Assembly (NCBI GenBank): GCA_030390025.1
Contig: JASTWF010000033.1
Location: 994,001-1,058,000, forward strand
Origin: Squalus acanthias
Lineage: Eukaryota
Length of the DNA: 64,000 bases
Direction: 5' to 3'
The notes beneath the pieces were generated by a model. It made no database searches. It saw only the letters and a list, made by a program, of their open reading frames with translations, and was not told the DNA's origin. Of the stretch, positions 36,840 to 49,899 are shown in pieces (position 1 is the stretch's first letter; each line of letters begins with the position of its first letter). The position numbers were made by a program, and so were the translations under genes.

Positions 36840-39790
36840 GTGGAAGCACTATTCATAGAGTTAAGGAACAGGAAAGCATGCAAGACTCTGATATGAGTTG
36901 TCTGCAAAGCTCCTGATAATAGTGATGTCATGGGATGTATAAGCGGGGAGTTCAGGGAAGCATGTAGCCAAAGCAATGAGGTTACAAAGGGAGATTTTAA
37001 TTTTCACGCAGATTGGGAGAAACAGAACAGCTAAAGTTGAAAAATAATAATTTAATCATATGCATTCAGGACAGTTTTGAAGAATAGGATATCTGTGTAT
37101 CAACGCGGGAGCAGGTCAATTTGACGACAAGGGATCTTCTTGAAAATAGCATCCATAACTTGATTGCAAACAAAATTAGATTTGAGAGATAGAAGGCCGT
37201 GTCTTTAATCAGTGGCTACATTTAATACAGGCAAACTTCTAATCAATTGGAATCTAATTGGCCACAGGAAACTTAACTTCACACTTAATGGGTAAAACTG
37301 AAGAAAAACAGATACAACTATTAAAATAAGTATTTGCTACGATACAAAAAGCAGCACCTGCCCGTAAAAGGTAAATATCCATCTTTGTGGTTAAGTAACC
37401 ACGGCCACAAAATGAGGCAACAGAGAGTGTCAAGCTGAAAAATTCACTTTCACAAATGGAGTGAGGAGTGAAAATGCAGAATTCTGTGAAAGCTATTAAA
37501 AGCAACAAAGTGATGTAAAAATGTAATAAGAGGTGAAAAAACGGAAAATGGAATATCAAATATAACAACAAAATATTTCTATGTATATATTCACAGAAAA
37601 AGTGTGGTAAAGGTGAAAGTGGGCTGTTAAAGACAGATGCAAGCGAGATTATAATACATAATGAGAAATAGCATACTTGATAAATGAGTATTCAGTATCC
37701 AATTTACAGTGGAAGAAACAGCAAAATACCAGCTATACGAAGGAACCTAAAATAACTCATGGGGAGGAACATAGTTGATTTAATAGAAGAAAATTGGTAA
37801 CGAAGAACATAATGTAATTTAAGATACACAAATCTGCAGGTGCTGATGGTTTCCATCCCATAGTATTAAAACAAATAGGTGGGGAAATTGCAGTTGTGTT
37901 ACATACATTTCCAAAGCTCCTAGATTTCGGGACTGTGCCTTTGGTTTTGGAAATTGCAAATGGTGCTCCAATATCGAAGATCGGAGGGAAGGAAAAGGCA
38001 GGAAAATACAGACTGGTCAGTATAACGTTATTTGTGGGAAATTTAGTTGAATCGGTTACCAGAGAAGAGTGAGTGAACACTTAGACAAGCTCAAATAGAG
38101 GCAGCATGAATGGGCGACGGACAGGTCATGTCTGACTAATCTAGCTGATTTTATTGACGTGGCCACTTGCATGTTGGACAGTGAAGTGTCCATGGAAGAT
38201 ATCTATATGGACATTCAGAAGACAGTTAATAACGTTCCACAAAAGAGATTATTAACAATAAACAGAATGAATGGACTGGGAGTTAATCTTGTAACATGGA
38301 TTGGTAATTGTTTGACATGGAAACATAGAAACATAGAACATAGGAGCAGGAGTAGGCCATTTGGCCCCTCGAGCCTGCTCCGCCATTCGATGAGATCATG
38401 GCTGATCATCCAAACTCAGTACCCTGTACCTGCCTTCTCCCCATATCCCTTGATACCGTTAGCTTTAAGAAATATATTTAACTCATTCTTGAATATATTT
38501 AATGACTTGGCCTCAACTACCTTCTGTGGTAGAGGATTCCACAGGTTCACCACTCTCTGGGTTAAGAAGTTCCTCCTCATTTCTGTCCTAAATGGCTTAC
38601 CCCTTATCCTTAGATTATGACCCCTGGTTCTGGACTCTCCGAACATCGGGAACAGTCTTCCTGCATCCAGTCTGTCCAGACCTATCAGAATGTTATATGT
38701 TTCGATGAGATCCCCTCTCATTCTTCTATACTCCAGCGAGTATAAGCCCAATCGACACAATCTCTCCTCATATGTCATTCCTGCCATCCCAGGTATCAGC
38801 CTTGTGAATCTTCGCTGAACTCCTTCCATGGCAAGAACATCCTTCCTCAGATAAGGCGACCAAAACAGCACACATTGCTCAAGGTGTGGTCTCACCAAGG
38901 CCCTGTATGGGAGACAGAGATTAAAGATACACGGAATGTTCTCTGTTTTGACAAGTGGTTTTCTCTAGGGATCTGTATTACGGCCTCAGTTTTTAACCAT
39001 ATATGTTAATGGCTTCGATTAAGGAATAGAGAGTTGCATATCAAAGTTTGCATGACACTAAGTTAGGAAGTAAAGTACGTTCATTATATGGGTGTAGGAA
39101 ATTACAAAGGCACATAAACTGCATAGACTGGGAAAATCTATAGCAGATGGAGTTGATTGTGATGAAATGTGACACCATCCACTTCGGATCCGAGAAAAAA
39201 CAAACCGAAATTTAATTCAAAATGAGGACTCGATGCTTCCGTTTTACGTAACCTTGGTCAGACCCCATCTCGAGCATTACCTTCAGTTTTGGGCACCGAA
39301 TATCAAGTACAGTGCTTATTCACCAGAATTATACCAGTGCTTGCAGTGTTCAATTATGAGGACAGTTTGCATATGCCTGGTTTGTATTTCCATGAGTTTA
39401 AACGGTTGAGGGTTGATCATATGTAAAAATTTAAAGTCATACATGGATTCCATAGAGTAGACACAGACAAACTATTTGCTCTAATGGGGAAATGCAGAAT
39501 AAGAGGGCATCATCTTTGAATTAGAGTTAGGCCATTTAGGAATGAGATCCGGAAGCACTATTTCACACAAAGGTTATTGGAAATCTGGAACTCGCCTCCT
39601 CAAAAGGTTGAGGATGCTGGACAATATAAATTGTGAAGACTTAATTAGAGAGATGTTTCTTTAGGTAATGATATCAGAGGATGTGGAACAAAGATGTCTA
39701 AGTGGATTTAAGGTGCAGATTAGTCATGATATGATTGAATGGCGGAACAGACTCGAGCTATCGAATGACCGAATCGTCTTCTTTCGTTTC
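36840..39790 (+). mobile_element. Old, heavily degraded CR1 LINE
   Basis: Remnants of endonuclease (GGAGATTTTAAT, GDFN), IYMDIQK and a 3'UTR. Confidence 0.75.
38322..38908 (-). mobile_element. Young CR1 3' fragment nested in the older CR1
   Basis: (AACATAGA)n tail; 160-aa open frame ending GYGEKAGTGY, like ORF 5088..6728. Confidence 0.92.
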
Positions 39791-40569
39791 TATGCAAATA
39801 AAATAGGACACAGTCAGACTAGTAGATGGGCTGTAAATATGTTAGTTGAAATTTAGTGGGAAATGTTCTGTCTCTGAGCTCACAGCTCGCGCACCACAGA
39901 ATTAGGAGAATTGCACAGCAGTGCAAAACCTCAGCTATTGTATCCAGTTCTGGGCGCCCTACATTGGAAAGGATGTGAAGGCCATGGAGACGGTGCAAAA
40001 TAAATTCAGTAAGATCATATCAGGGATGAGAGGTTGTGGTTATGAGAAGAAAGAAGGCTTGTGAACTAAGAAAGTGAAGTGAAATTCGGAAAGACGTGTT
40101 GAAAAATACTCAGGTTCAGCTGGTTGAGTTGGTAAGAAAAGGATATAAATTTCATCTCGCCAGCAAAAAATAACTTAGAGTTTGGTTGATGTTTGTTTTA
40201 GGATGGGATCCTGTTAGAACCGAGAATGCCTTCCCGGAAACAATGATGCAAGCAGAATTCATTAAAAAAATTATGCGAAGTGAAGAAATAATTAAAATTC
40301 AAAAAATGAGCAGGAGGAAGGGGTGGGGGTTGGGGAACGGATCTAAATATGCATCTCTTTCAGAGAGCCGGCGTTGGTATGATGGGCCGAATGTCTTCCT
40401 TCTAGGCAGTAAAAGTCAGTGATCGTTCAATTCATGAATCTGTAGCCTGGAACCGTACGGCGTAACATGTGATTCTCCTTCGCAGCTCAACCGATTCACT
40501 ACAGCTATGTCTGATCCTCATTTTCACACTGCAAATGCGACATTCACGCACCCCAATATTACAGTCCTA

Positions 40570-41015
40570 ATCATGTGAATGCCCCAGTTTGAAAGATTAA
40601 TGCAGCCCCATATAACAGATTTATTCATAAGAATGTTCCAGTTTGAACGATGGATGCAGCCACTGTTACATTGCTATTGAGGAGAATGCCCCAGTGTGAA
40701 CGATTGATGCAGCCTCTGTTACAGTGCTATTGAGGAGAATGCTCCATTGTGAACGATTGATGCAGCCAATGTTACAGTGCTATTGAGGAGAATGCCCCAG
40801 TGTTAACGATTGATGCAGCCACTGTTACATTGCTATTGCGGAGAATGCCCCAGTGTGAACAATTGATGCAGCCACTGTTACGGTGCTATTGAGGAGAATG
40901 CTCCATTGTGAACGATTTATGCAGCCATTGTTACAGTGCTATTGCGGAGAATGCTCCAGTGTGAAAGATTGATGCTGCCTCTGTTACTGTGCTATTCGTG
41001 GAAATGCTCGTGTTT
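40570..41015. repeat. 53-bp minisatellite (GAATGCCCCAGTGTGAACGATTGATGCAGCCACTGTTACAGTGCTATTGAGGA); resumes at ~41833-41940
   Basis: Period 53 (40684, 40737). The array is split by the L2 fragment. Confidence 0.9.
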
Positions 41016-41016
41016 C

Positions 41017-41832
41017 AACAACCGAAAAAGCTTGCCTTTATGTAATAAAACAACCCAAGGCACTTCACGTTAGGGTTATCAAACAAATTTAGCACCGAGA
41101 CACAGAATGTGATTTTAGTATCGGCAACCAAAACCTTGCTTAAAGCGGTCGGTTTTAAGCAGCGTCTTCAAGGAGGAGAAAGAAGTCCAGAGGCGGAGCG
41201 GCTGATGGAGCGAATTCCAAATCATAGGTTCCAGGCTTGGGAATAGGTAAGAGGCCGGAATTGCAGGAGCGCAGATATCTCGGAGGGTTGTAACACTGGG
41301 GGAGGTTACAGAGATATAGAGGGACGAGGCATGTATTGATTAATAACAAGGATGAGAATTTTAAATCGTGGCATTACCGTAACGGAATCCAATGTAGGTC
41401 AGCGCGCATTGGGGCGATGGGTCAATAGAACTTGGTGCGAGTTAGGATACAATCCGTTGAGTTCTGGATGAATTCAAGTTGATGTAGGTTGGAAGATGGA
41501 AGGCAGGCCAGGAGAGCATTTGAATAGGCAAGTCCAGATGTAACAAAGGCACTGATGCGGATTTGAGCAGCAGATGAGCTGTGGCAGAGGCTGAGACGAG
41601 CGAGGTTACAGAGGTGGAAGTAAGCGTTCTTGGTGATGGAGCCGATATGTGGTTGGAAGTTCATCTCAATGTAAAATAGGCCGCCAAGTGTGAGAACGGT
41701 CTCCTTCACCCTCAGACAGTGACCAGGGAGAGGGGTGGAGTCGGTGGCTACGGGATGGAGTTTGTGGCGGGGAGCGATGACATAGGCTTCCATCTTCCGA
41801 ATATTTAGTTGGAGCAAATTTTTGCTCATCCA
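41017..41832 (-). mobile_element. L2-clade LINE 3' fragment
   Basis: WMSKNLLQLNIRKME..AYFHLCNL..AFVTSGLAYSNALL..LEFIQN, typical of the L2 ORF2 C-terminus. Confidence 0.85.
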
Positions 41833-42084
41833 GATTGATGCAGCCACTGTTACTGTTCTGTTCATGAGAAAGTTCCGGTTTGAATGATTGTTGCAGTCAT
41901 TGTTAGTGCTGTTTATGCAAATGTTCCAGTTTGAGTTAATGATCGCACCCTTGTTATTTACTTTGGTTCATGTGTGACATTTTTTCCGCATTATAATTCA
42001 ACACATTGCATCAATCGGCAATCTGTATGTATTCTCTGTTAGAGTCCCGCCATCTGCCTGTGGCCCAAACAACCCCATTCATTC

Positions 42085-45000
42085 TTAACGTCCTGTTCCA
42101 TGAATCGCTCTGTGTCGGACATATTCCTCCATACATCGCAAAGCTGTGTTGTCCACTTTATGATCAAACTTGTTGGCGAACAAGGGTTTCTGTTGGATGA
42201 TCCAATGGAGATCTCCAGACCCATACACACAGAGCTGATGGCTGTACCTTCCTGTACAAGGCGGATATAAGGCTCCTTTCGCTATATCACCAGCATTAAC
42301 AGACCACTTCATTGCTCGAGTAAGGACTCGTGCGTCACCCGTGTGGTGCCTGGGAGTGTATGGAATGGAGCCGGGTACCTTGGGCATTCTCTGCAGGGTG
42401 GCCCAGATGTGTTCATCGGGGCTGTAGGTGCCCTCCGACCACTTGAGAAAAGCCTGGATTTCCGGGTTCACAAATAAAATGCTCACAAATTCTCTGGTAA
42501 CCAGAATGTATGCGCTCCCCACAAACATAGGGCTGCGTATGGGTGGGGGGCTCTTCACTCGATCTGTTCTGAACACACTCTCGCGGATATCATGATGAAA
42601 TTTCCATCGTCTCTGAAAGTCAACACAAAGAATTATCGTTTGGCATTTAACACATTAATTCTCATTTTCTTGCCACACCACAACTAGCATCAGTAACGAT
42701 AAACTTTCATTGACTTTAAACATTATCTAATTTTTTTGCTTGTATAAATATTGCGTGGAAAATGTTGATACCTGGAGCGACTCAAAAGTGGAAGTGACGC
42801 AGAAATGACAAGGCGGTGGCTCACTGCACTGCTACTAATGGCCGAGTGAAGGACAATTATGCGGTAAATATATCGCCAGATTGGCTCAGATTGGATATTT
42901 AGAATTGTTCCGGTCACCGCAAGCATCGCATTTAGACATGTGACATAAAATAAGCCAATCAACAATCACACCTGTCAGGGCTTTGAAAACAATGTAGGAA
43001 ACAGCAAATGTTCATCTGCCACGCCTTCAGTTGCCAGGAAGAGAGCCCAATAAAGTAAGTATGATGTCATCCTTCTTTTCTCGTGCCCATACCAAGTGAT
43101 TTGAAAAATACGAAGACAGGCTTGAGGAAATCTAACTGGAAATTCAGATCATCACTTGACTGTCCAATGCAGTGAAGCGGGAGATGTGAGACCACCTGAG
43201 GGGACAGGTTCACAATTCTTGTGCTTCACGTGATGAGTAGTGTCACTACAGTCTGATGATGAGCATGTTTCTATCATCCAATCGTTCAAATATCTATCCA
43301 GTTACTTTACTTCATTTAACCTCAACAGCCACCTCCCAGGCGCGGCAGACCACGTGGTCACTACACTCTGTGTTTAACAAAGTACATGTATTGAGGAGGA
43401 CGCTACTGATCTACAAACATAGGCGACATTGATCAGGGAGCGATAACTATATTAGTGCGAGTAAAATGGACGGAAACAAAACTGGATGCTTTGAGTAAAT
43501 GAGCGAGTGGGAGGGAGGAAGGGTCGAGGAAACATACATACGAACATACGAATTAGGAGCAGGAGTAGGCCACTCGTCCTTCGAGCCTGCTCCGCCATTC
43601 AACAAGATCATGGCTGATCCGATTACTCACATTCCCGCCTACCCCCGATAACTTTTCACCCCCTTGCTTACCAAGAATCTATCTACCTCTGCCTTAAAAA
43701 TATTCAAAGACTGTTTCCACCGCCCTCTGAGGAAGAGTATTCCAAAGACTCACGACCCTCTGTGAGAAAAAAATTCTCCTCATCTCTGTCTTAAATGGGC
43801 GACCACTTATCTTTAAACAGTGACTCCTAGTTCTAGATTCTCCCACAAGAGGAAACATCCTCTCTACAGCCAACCTGTCCAGACCCCTCAGGATCTTATA
43901 TGTTTCAATCAAGTCACCTCTTATTCCTCTAAACTCCGACGGATACAAGTCTAGCCTGTCCAACCTTTCCTCTTAAGACAACCCGCTCATTCCAGGTATT
44001 AGTCTAGTAAACCTTCTCTGAACTGCTTCCAACGCATTTACATCCTTCCTTAAATAAGGAGACCAATACTGTACACAGTACTCCAGATGTGATCTCACCA
44101 ATGCCCTGTATAACTGACGCATAACCTCCCTACTTTTGTATTCAATTCCCCTCGCAATAAACGGTAACATTCTTTTAGCTTTCCTAATAACTTGCTGTAC
44201 CTGCGATTCATGCACTAGGACACCCAGATCCCTCTGCATCTCAGAGCTCTGCAATCTCTCACCATTTAGATAATATGCTTCTTTTTTATTCTTCCTGCTA
44301 AAATGGACAACTTCACATTTTCCCACATTATACTCCATTTGCCAGATCTGTGCCCACTCACTTAACTTATCATTATATTTTCGTAGCCTCCTTATGTCCT
44401 CTTCACAATTTACTTTCATACCGATCGTTGAGTCATCAGCAAATCCAGCAACCATACCTTCGGTCCCTTCAACCAAATCATTTATATAAATTGTAAAAAG
44501 TTGAGGCCCCAGCACTGATCCCTGTGGCTCAACACTCGTTACAACTTGCCAATCAGAAAATGACCCATTTATGCCTACTCTGTTTCCTGTTAGCTAGCCA
44601 ATCTTCTATCCATGCCAATATGTTAACCCCTACAACATGAGCTTTTATTTTCCGCAATAACCTTTGATGTGGCACCTTATCAAATGCCATCTGGAAATCT
44701 GAGTGCATTACATCGACCGGTTCCCTTTATCCACAGCACATGTTACTTCCTCAAAGAACTCCAATAAATTGGTTAAACATGCTTTCCCTTGCAGTAAACC
44801 ATGTTGACTCTGCCTGATTACTTTGAACTTTTCTAAATGCCCTGCTATAACGGCTTTAATAATAGCTTCTAACATCTTCCCTATGACAGATGTTAAGCTA
44901 ACTGGCCTGTAGTTTGCTGCTTTCTGTCTCCCTCCCTTTTTTTAATAAAGGAGATACTTTCGCTATTTTCCAATCTAATGAAACCTTCCCTGTTCCTAGG

Positions 45001-46687
45001 GAATTTTGGAAATTTAAAACCAACGCATCAACTATCTCACCAGCCACTTATTTTAAGACCCTACGATGAAATCCATCAGGACCCGGGGACTTGTCAGCCC
45101 GCAGCTCCAACAATTTGCTCAGTACCACTTCCCTGGTGATTATAATTTTCTTGAGTTCCTCCCTCGCTTCCATTTCCTGATTTACAGCTATTTCTGGGAT
45201 GCCATTTTCATCCTCTATAGTGAAGACCGATGCAAAATACCTGCTCAATTCAACTGCCATCTCCTTATTTAACATTATTAATTCCCCAGACTCACTTTTT
45301 ATAGGACCAACGATCTCTTTTCTTTTTAAAATATCTATGGAAACTCTTTTTATATTTCTAGTTAGCTTTCTCTCGTACTCTAATTTTTCTCTCCTTATTA
45401 ATCTTTTAGTCATTCTTTGCTGTTTTTTATATTCTGTCCAATCTTCTGACCTGCTGCCCATTTTTGCGCAATTATATGCTTTTTCTTTAAGCTTAATTCT
45501 ACCTTTAACTTTTTTAGTTACCCACGGATGGTGGGTCCTCCCCTTGGAATTTTTCTTTCTTATTGGAATGTAGATATTCTGTGTATTTTGAAATATCCCC
45601 TTAAATGGCTGCCACTGCAACTCTATTGACCTATCCCTTAACCTAATTTGGCAGTTCAGATGGTTGGGTGAAAGGATGGGTGGGTGGGTTGATGGGTGAA
45701 TGGTGGACGGATGGATGGATGGATGGACGGATGGATGGATGGAGGAATGGATGGATGTATGTAATGATGAATGGATGTATGTATGGATGATGGATCGATG
45801 GAAGAATGGATGGATGGATGGATCGATGGATGGAGGATGGATGGATGGATGGATGGATGGATGGAAAACCAGGATGAATTGATGGGCACCCAACATGAAG
45901 CTGGACCATTTACCTGTTTATATCCCGGTGGAGGGTCCGACTCTATAACATTTGAGCCGTTCATGGCCATAAGACTGTTGACTATCTCCCGGTTGTTTTT
46001 TATTGGATAGTCTTTTCCGCAAACATTAATGAGGTATCTCCACGGGACAGAGCTCCGCAGCAGCTCTTCCATACAGTTCAGATCAGCCTGAACTCTGGAC
46101 CATGAGGCGTACGTCACTGTCTCCGAATTTCCGACGACAAACACATTAGTGAAACAGGAAGTGATGGCCTGGACCGCCGAGTGAAACGACTTTGGAGACT
46201 TCCTGTCCACGTGGACACAGTAAACATTCTGAGGAGCGTAAATACCTCTCAGGTGCCTCACAAACATCTCGATGTTTTCATTGACCACCATAGAAGAGGC
46301 CAGAGGGAAATCGCGTTCCTCGGTACTTAAGGGGAAAGTGATGTATTTGCGGTTTTTCACAAGTGAATCACAGTTTCGTGTCATTTTTAAATAATCGATT
46401 TCTGTGAAGACCTTATATTTGTTTGCGATTGTGATCGAGTTCAAAAGAGCATTTTCAACGGCTTCCAGGTCACCCCTAATTATCTTCCAACAACTCGAGT
46501 TCTTCTCTGACAGTTCGAGGGATTCATATCGCGCATCGTAAACTGGTTTTCGTTTAACAGGTTTTAAATTATTTACGAATGTGTTTCCACTCGAGCCAAA
46601 ATATCTATAAATATATATCACAGAGAGTCCACACAGGATCGAGCTCACTACCACCCGCCTGGCACGACACCGAGCCAACATCCTCAT
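42085..46687 (-). CDS. Core-2/I-branching beta-1,6-N-acetylglucosaminyltransferase (GT14; GCNT3/GCNT1-like): coding exons 46687-45914 and 42612-42085, ~433 aa, apparently intact
   Basis: N-terminal [53 protein letters not shown]. Phase-0 intron (CAG|GTAAAT..TTTCAG|AGA) joins to [39 protein letters not shown]. Confidence 0.9.
43531..45655 (-). mobile_element. CR1 LINE fragment inside the GCNT intron
   Basis: Tail (AACATACG)n; [17 protein letters not shown] and KSPGPDG. Confidence 0.9.
45660..45865. repeat. (GGAT)n microsatellite
   Basis: Seen directly. Confidence 0.95.
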
Positions 46688-47309
46688 TGCTCTTCCACCG
46701 GTATTTGAAACGTAGTAATGTAATCGGATTTCCAGATTTAATCATATGTAGAAATACAAATAGAGGGATTATGCTCTTGAATGGCAGGCACTCTGTTCAG
46801 GCAATTTGGATAAATTGGGAGCCGAATTTTCAGTCACTGATAGCTTGAAATCGGATGCTCTGGGCTGAACACAGCAAGTGTGAATTTATCGGGGTTCAGC
46901 CGGCTATTCTGTTCGACAGGTCCCATCTGTTCCTGTGGACTTGTCCTCCCTTCTAGTCAGCCGTTGTTGTCCGTCAGACTTTACACCTTCCCTCACTCTC
47001 ACTCTCTCCCCTTTAGCGCGTCGGTGGCGCTCAGTTTCTCCTCGCAGAGATTCGATCTTTACTTCACAAAGGTCCTGGTAATTGGTTTCTCTCTCATGTA
47101 ACTGGTATCACTTGGATTACAGATTCCAAGTTCCCTATTTCCTCACATAACTTCCGCCTGCTGGTCAAAGTTTCCTCAAAGAAGGCAGGAGAATGCTCGG
47201 GTGGATCTTCTGAAAGATTCCAGATCCTAACAGATAAGGATGAGAAAAGCGACAACATGTTTAATAGAGTCTAGATGAAAGGAGCATAGGTTCAAACAGG
47301 GGCGAGACA

Positions 47310-47428
47310 AAAAAATTAACATTGAATTTATATAGCGCCTTTTGCTAACTCAACACGTCCCAAACGCTTTAAAGTCAATTAAGTAATTCCTAAGGGTGGG
47401 CACTCTAGTAATGCATGAAACGCAGCAG
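47310..47428 (-). mobile_element. DeuSINE/SacSINE1-like 3' tail remnant
   Basis: ATTTATATAGCGCCTTT..ACGTCCCAAACGCTTTA..GTAATGCATGAAACGCAGCAG. Confidence 0.6.
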
Positions 47429-49895
47429 TGCTCAGTACTGCCCCCACGGTCCCCTAGCACTCTCTCACTACGGCCCCTCCAACTGTGCAGCGCTACTTCA
47501 GCACTGACTCTTCGAAGGTACTGCACTCCATCAGTACTGCACCTCCGAAAGAGTAGAAATCCCTCAGACCTGCCCTTCCGACAGAGCAGCAATCCCTCTG
47601 TAATGCCCCTCACACAGTGCAGGACTCCCACAGTGCCGTTCCTCTGAAAGTGCAGCACACCATCAGTGATGCACCTCCGAAAGTGCAACACTCCCTCATG
47701 ACTGACCCTCAGACAGTGCAGCACACCCTCAGTATGAACACTCCAAACGTACTGCACTCCCGCAGTCTTGACATTCCCACGGTGCATCGCTCTCTCAGTG
47801 ATAGCACTTCGACAGTGCAGCCCTCCCTCAGGTACTAGCCTTCATAATGTGGCACAATTCCAAAGTTCTGACCAGCCGACAGTGCAGAACTTCCTCAGTA
47901 CTGCCCCTCCGAGAATGCAGCACTCCCTCAGTGCTGCCGCTCCGATAGTGCAGCGCCCCCTCAGTACTGACACTCCGACAGTTCAGTGCATCCTCAGTAC
48001 TGGCACTCCAAGAGGACAGCGCTCCCTCAGTACTGACACTCCGACAGTGCGGCGCACCCTCAGTACTGGCACTCCAAGAGCACAGCGCACCCTCAGTACT
48101 GCCGCTCTGAAAAAGCAGCGCTCCCTCAGCACTGCAGCTCCGACAGTGCAGCGCACCCTCAGTACTGACACTCCGACAGTGCAGCGCACCCTCAGTACTG
48201 ACACTCCAGCGCACCCTCAGTACTGACATTCCGAGAGGACAGCGAACACTCATTACTGCATCTCCGATAATACAGCGCTCCCACAGCACTGTCCCTCCGA
48301 CACAGCAGCGCTCCCTCAGTACTGCCGCTCTGACAGTGCAGCGGGCCTTCAGTACTGACACTCCGAGAAGACACCACACATTCAGTGCTGCCCTATATCA
48401 GCCCTGAAAAGATAACCCCGGTATTTAAAAAAGTAGGAAAAGAAAAAACGGGAAACTCAAGGCCAGTTATCTTGACATCAATAGCAGACAAAATGTTTGA
48501 GTCTATTATTACGGGCGTGGTAACAGGGCACTTAGAAAATCGCAATATAATTAGGCAGAGTCAACATGAATGAAAGGGAAATTGTGTTTAACAAATCTGT
48601 TTGAGTTTTTTGAAGATCTAACTAGTAGGATGGATAAAGAGGAACCATTGGATGTGGTTTATTTGGATTTTCAAAAAAAACATTCAATAAGGCGACACAC
48701 AAGAGTTTATTACACAAAATTAGGACTCATGGAATTAGGGGTAATATATTAGCATGGACGCGAATTTGTTAATTAACAGAAAACAGAGAGTAGGAATGAA
48801 TGGGACTTTTTTGGTTTAATTAGTGGGTTACCGCAAGAATCAGTGCTTGGGCCACAGCTATTTAAAATCTGTATCAATGACTTAGATGAAGGAACTGAGT
48901 GTAACGTATGCAAGTTTGATGATGATACAAAGTTAGTTGGAAAAGTAAGCTGCAAGGAGGAAGCAAAGAGGCTGCAGAGAGTATTGGCAGGTTGACTGAG
49001 TGAGCAAGAACATGGCAAATGGAATACAACGTGGGGACGCAAATCGTATGTTAGCATTTGTTACAAAGGGATCAGAGTATAAGAGTAAATAATTCTTACT
49101 ACAATTATACAGGACATTGGTGAGGCCACACCTGGAGTACTGTGTACAGTTCTGGTCTGCTTACCTAAGGAAAGACATAGTTGCCTTAGAGGGAGTGCAA
49201 CGAAGGTTCACCAGACTGGTTCCTGGGATGAGGAGATTGCCCTATGAGGATTGGTTGAGTAGACTAGACCTATATTCCCCAGAGTTTAGAACAGAGATCT
49301 AATTGAAACATAGACATTTCTTAAGGGGCTTGACAGGGTTAATGCTGAGAAAATGTTTCCCCTGACTGGGGAATCTAGAACACGGGGTCACAGTCTCAGA
49401 ATTAGGGGTCAGCCATTTCGGGCTGAGATGAATAGAAATGTCTTCACTGAAATGGTTGTGAATCTTTGGAACTCTCCAACGCAGAGAGCTGTGGTTGCTC
49501 AGTCACTGTGTATATTTAAGACAGAGGGAGATATATTTTTGGGAACTATGGGAATTAAGGGATATGGGGATAGTGCAGGAAGGTAGTGTTGAAGTAGAAA
49601 ATCATCCATGAACTTGTTGAATGGCGGAGCAGGCTCGAAGGGCCGAATGGCCTGCTCCTGCTCCTGTTTCTTATCTTCTTATGCTCACTCAGTACTGGCT
49701 CTCCGACAGTGCAACGCTCCCTCACTACTATCCCTCCGACAGTGCAGTATTCCCTAAGTACTGACTCTCCATAATGACTGCACTCAATCCGTACTGCCCT
49801 TCCGACAGTGCAGAGCTCCCTCAGTACTGAACTTCGAGAGTGCAGCACTCCATCAGTACAGCCCCTCCAACAGTGCAGGCTCCCTCAGTACTGAC
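47425..49895. repeat. 33-bp minisatellite (CTCCGACAGTGCAGCGCACCCTCAGTACTGACA), split by a CR1 insertion
   Basis: Arrays at ~47425-48395 and ~49686-49895. Confidence 0.9.
48405..49685 (+). mobile_element. Degraded CR1 LINE fragment
   Basis: CLTNLFEFFED, VVYLDFQK and VRPHLEYCVQFWS; CR1 3'UTR. Confidence 0.9.
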
Positions 49896-49899
49896 ACGG

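Noticed and set aside
45656..45913. His/Pro/Ser/Ile tail on the GCNT ORF, and ORF 45048..45896
   Set aside because: Read-through past the splice donor into intronic (GGAT)n and CR1 sequence.
47768..48379. Mucin-like Thr/Pro repeat ORFs
   Set aside because: The 33-bp unit is a multiple of 3, so frames stay open on both strands; derived from the minisatellite.
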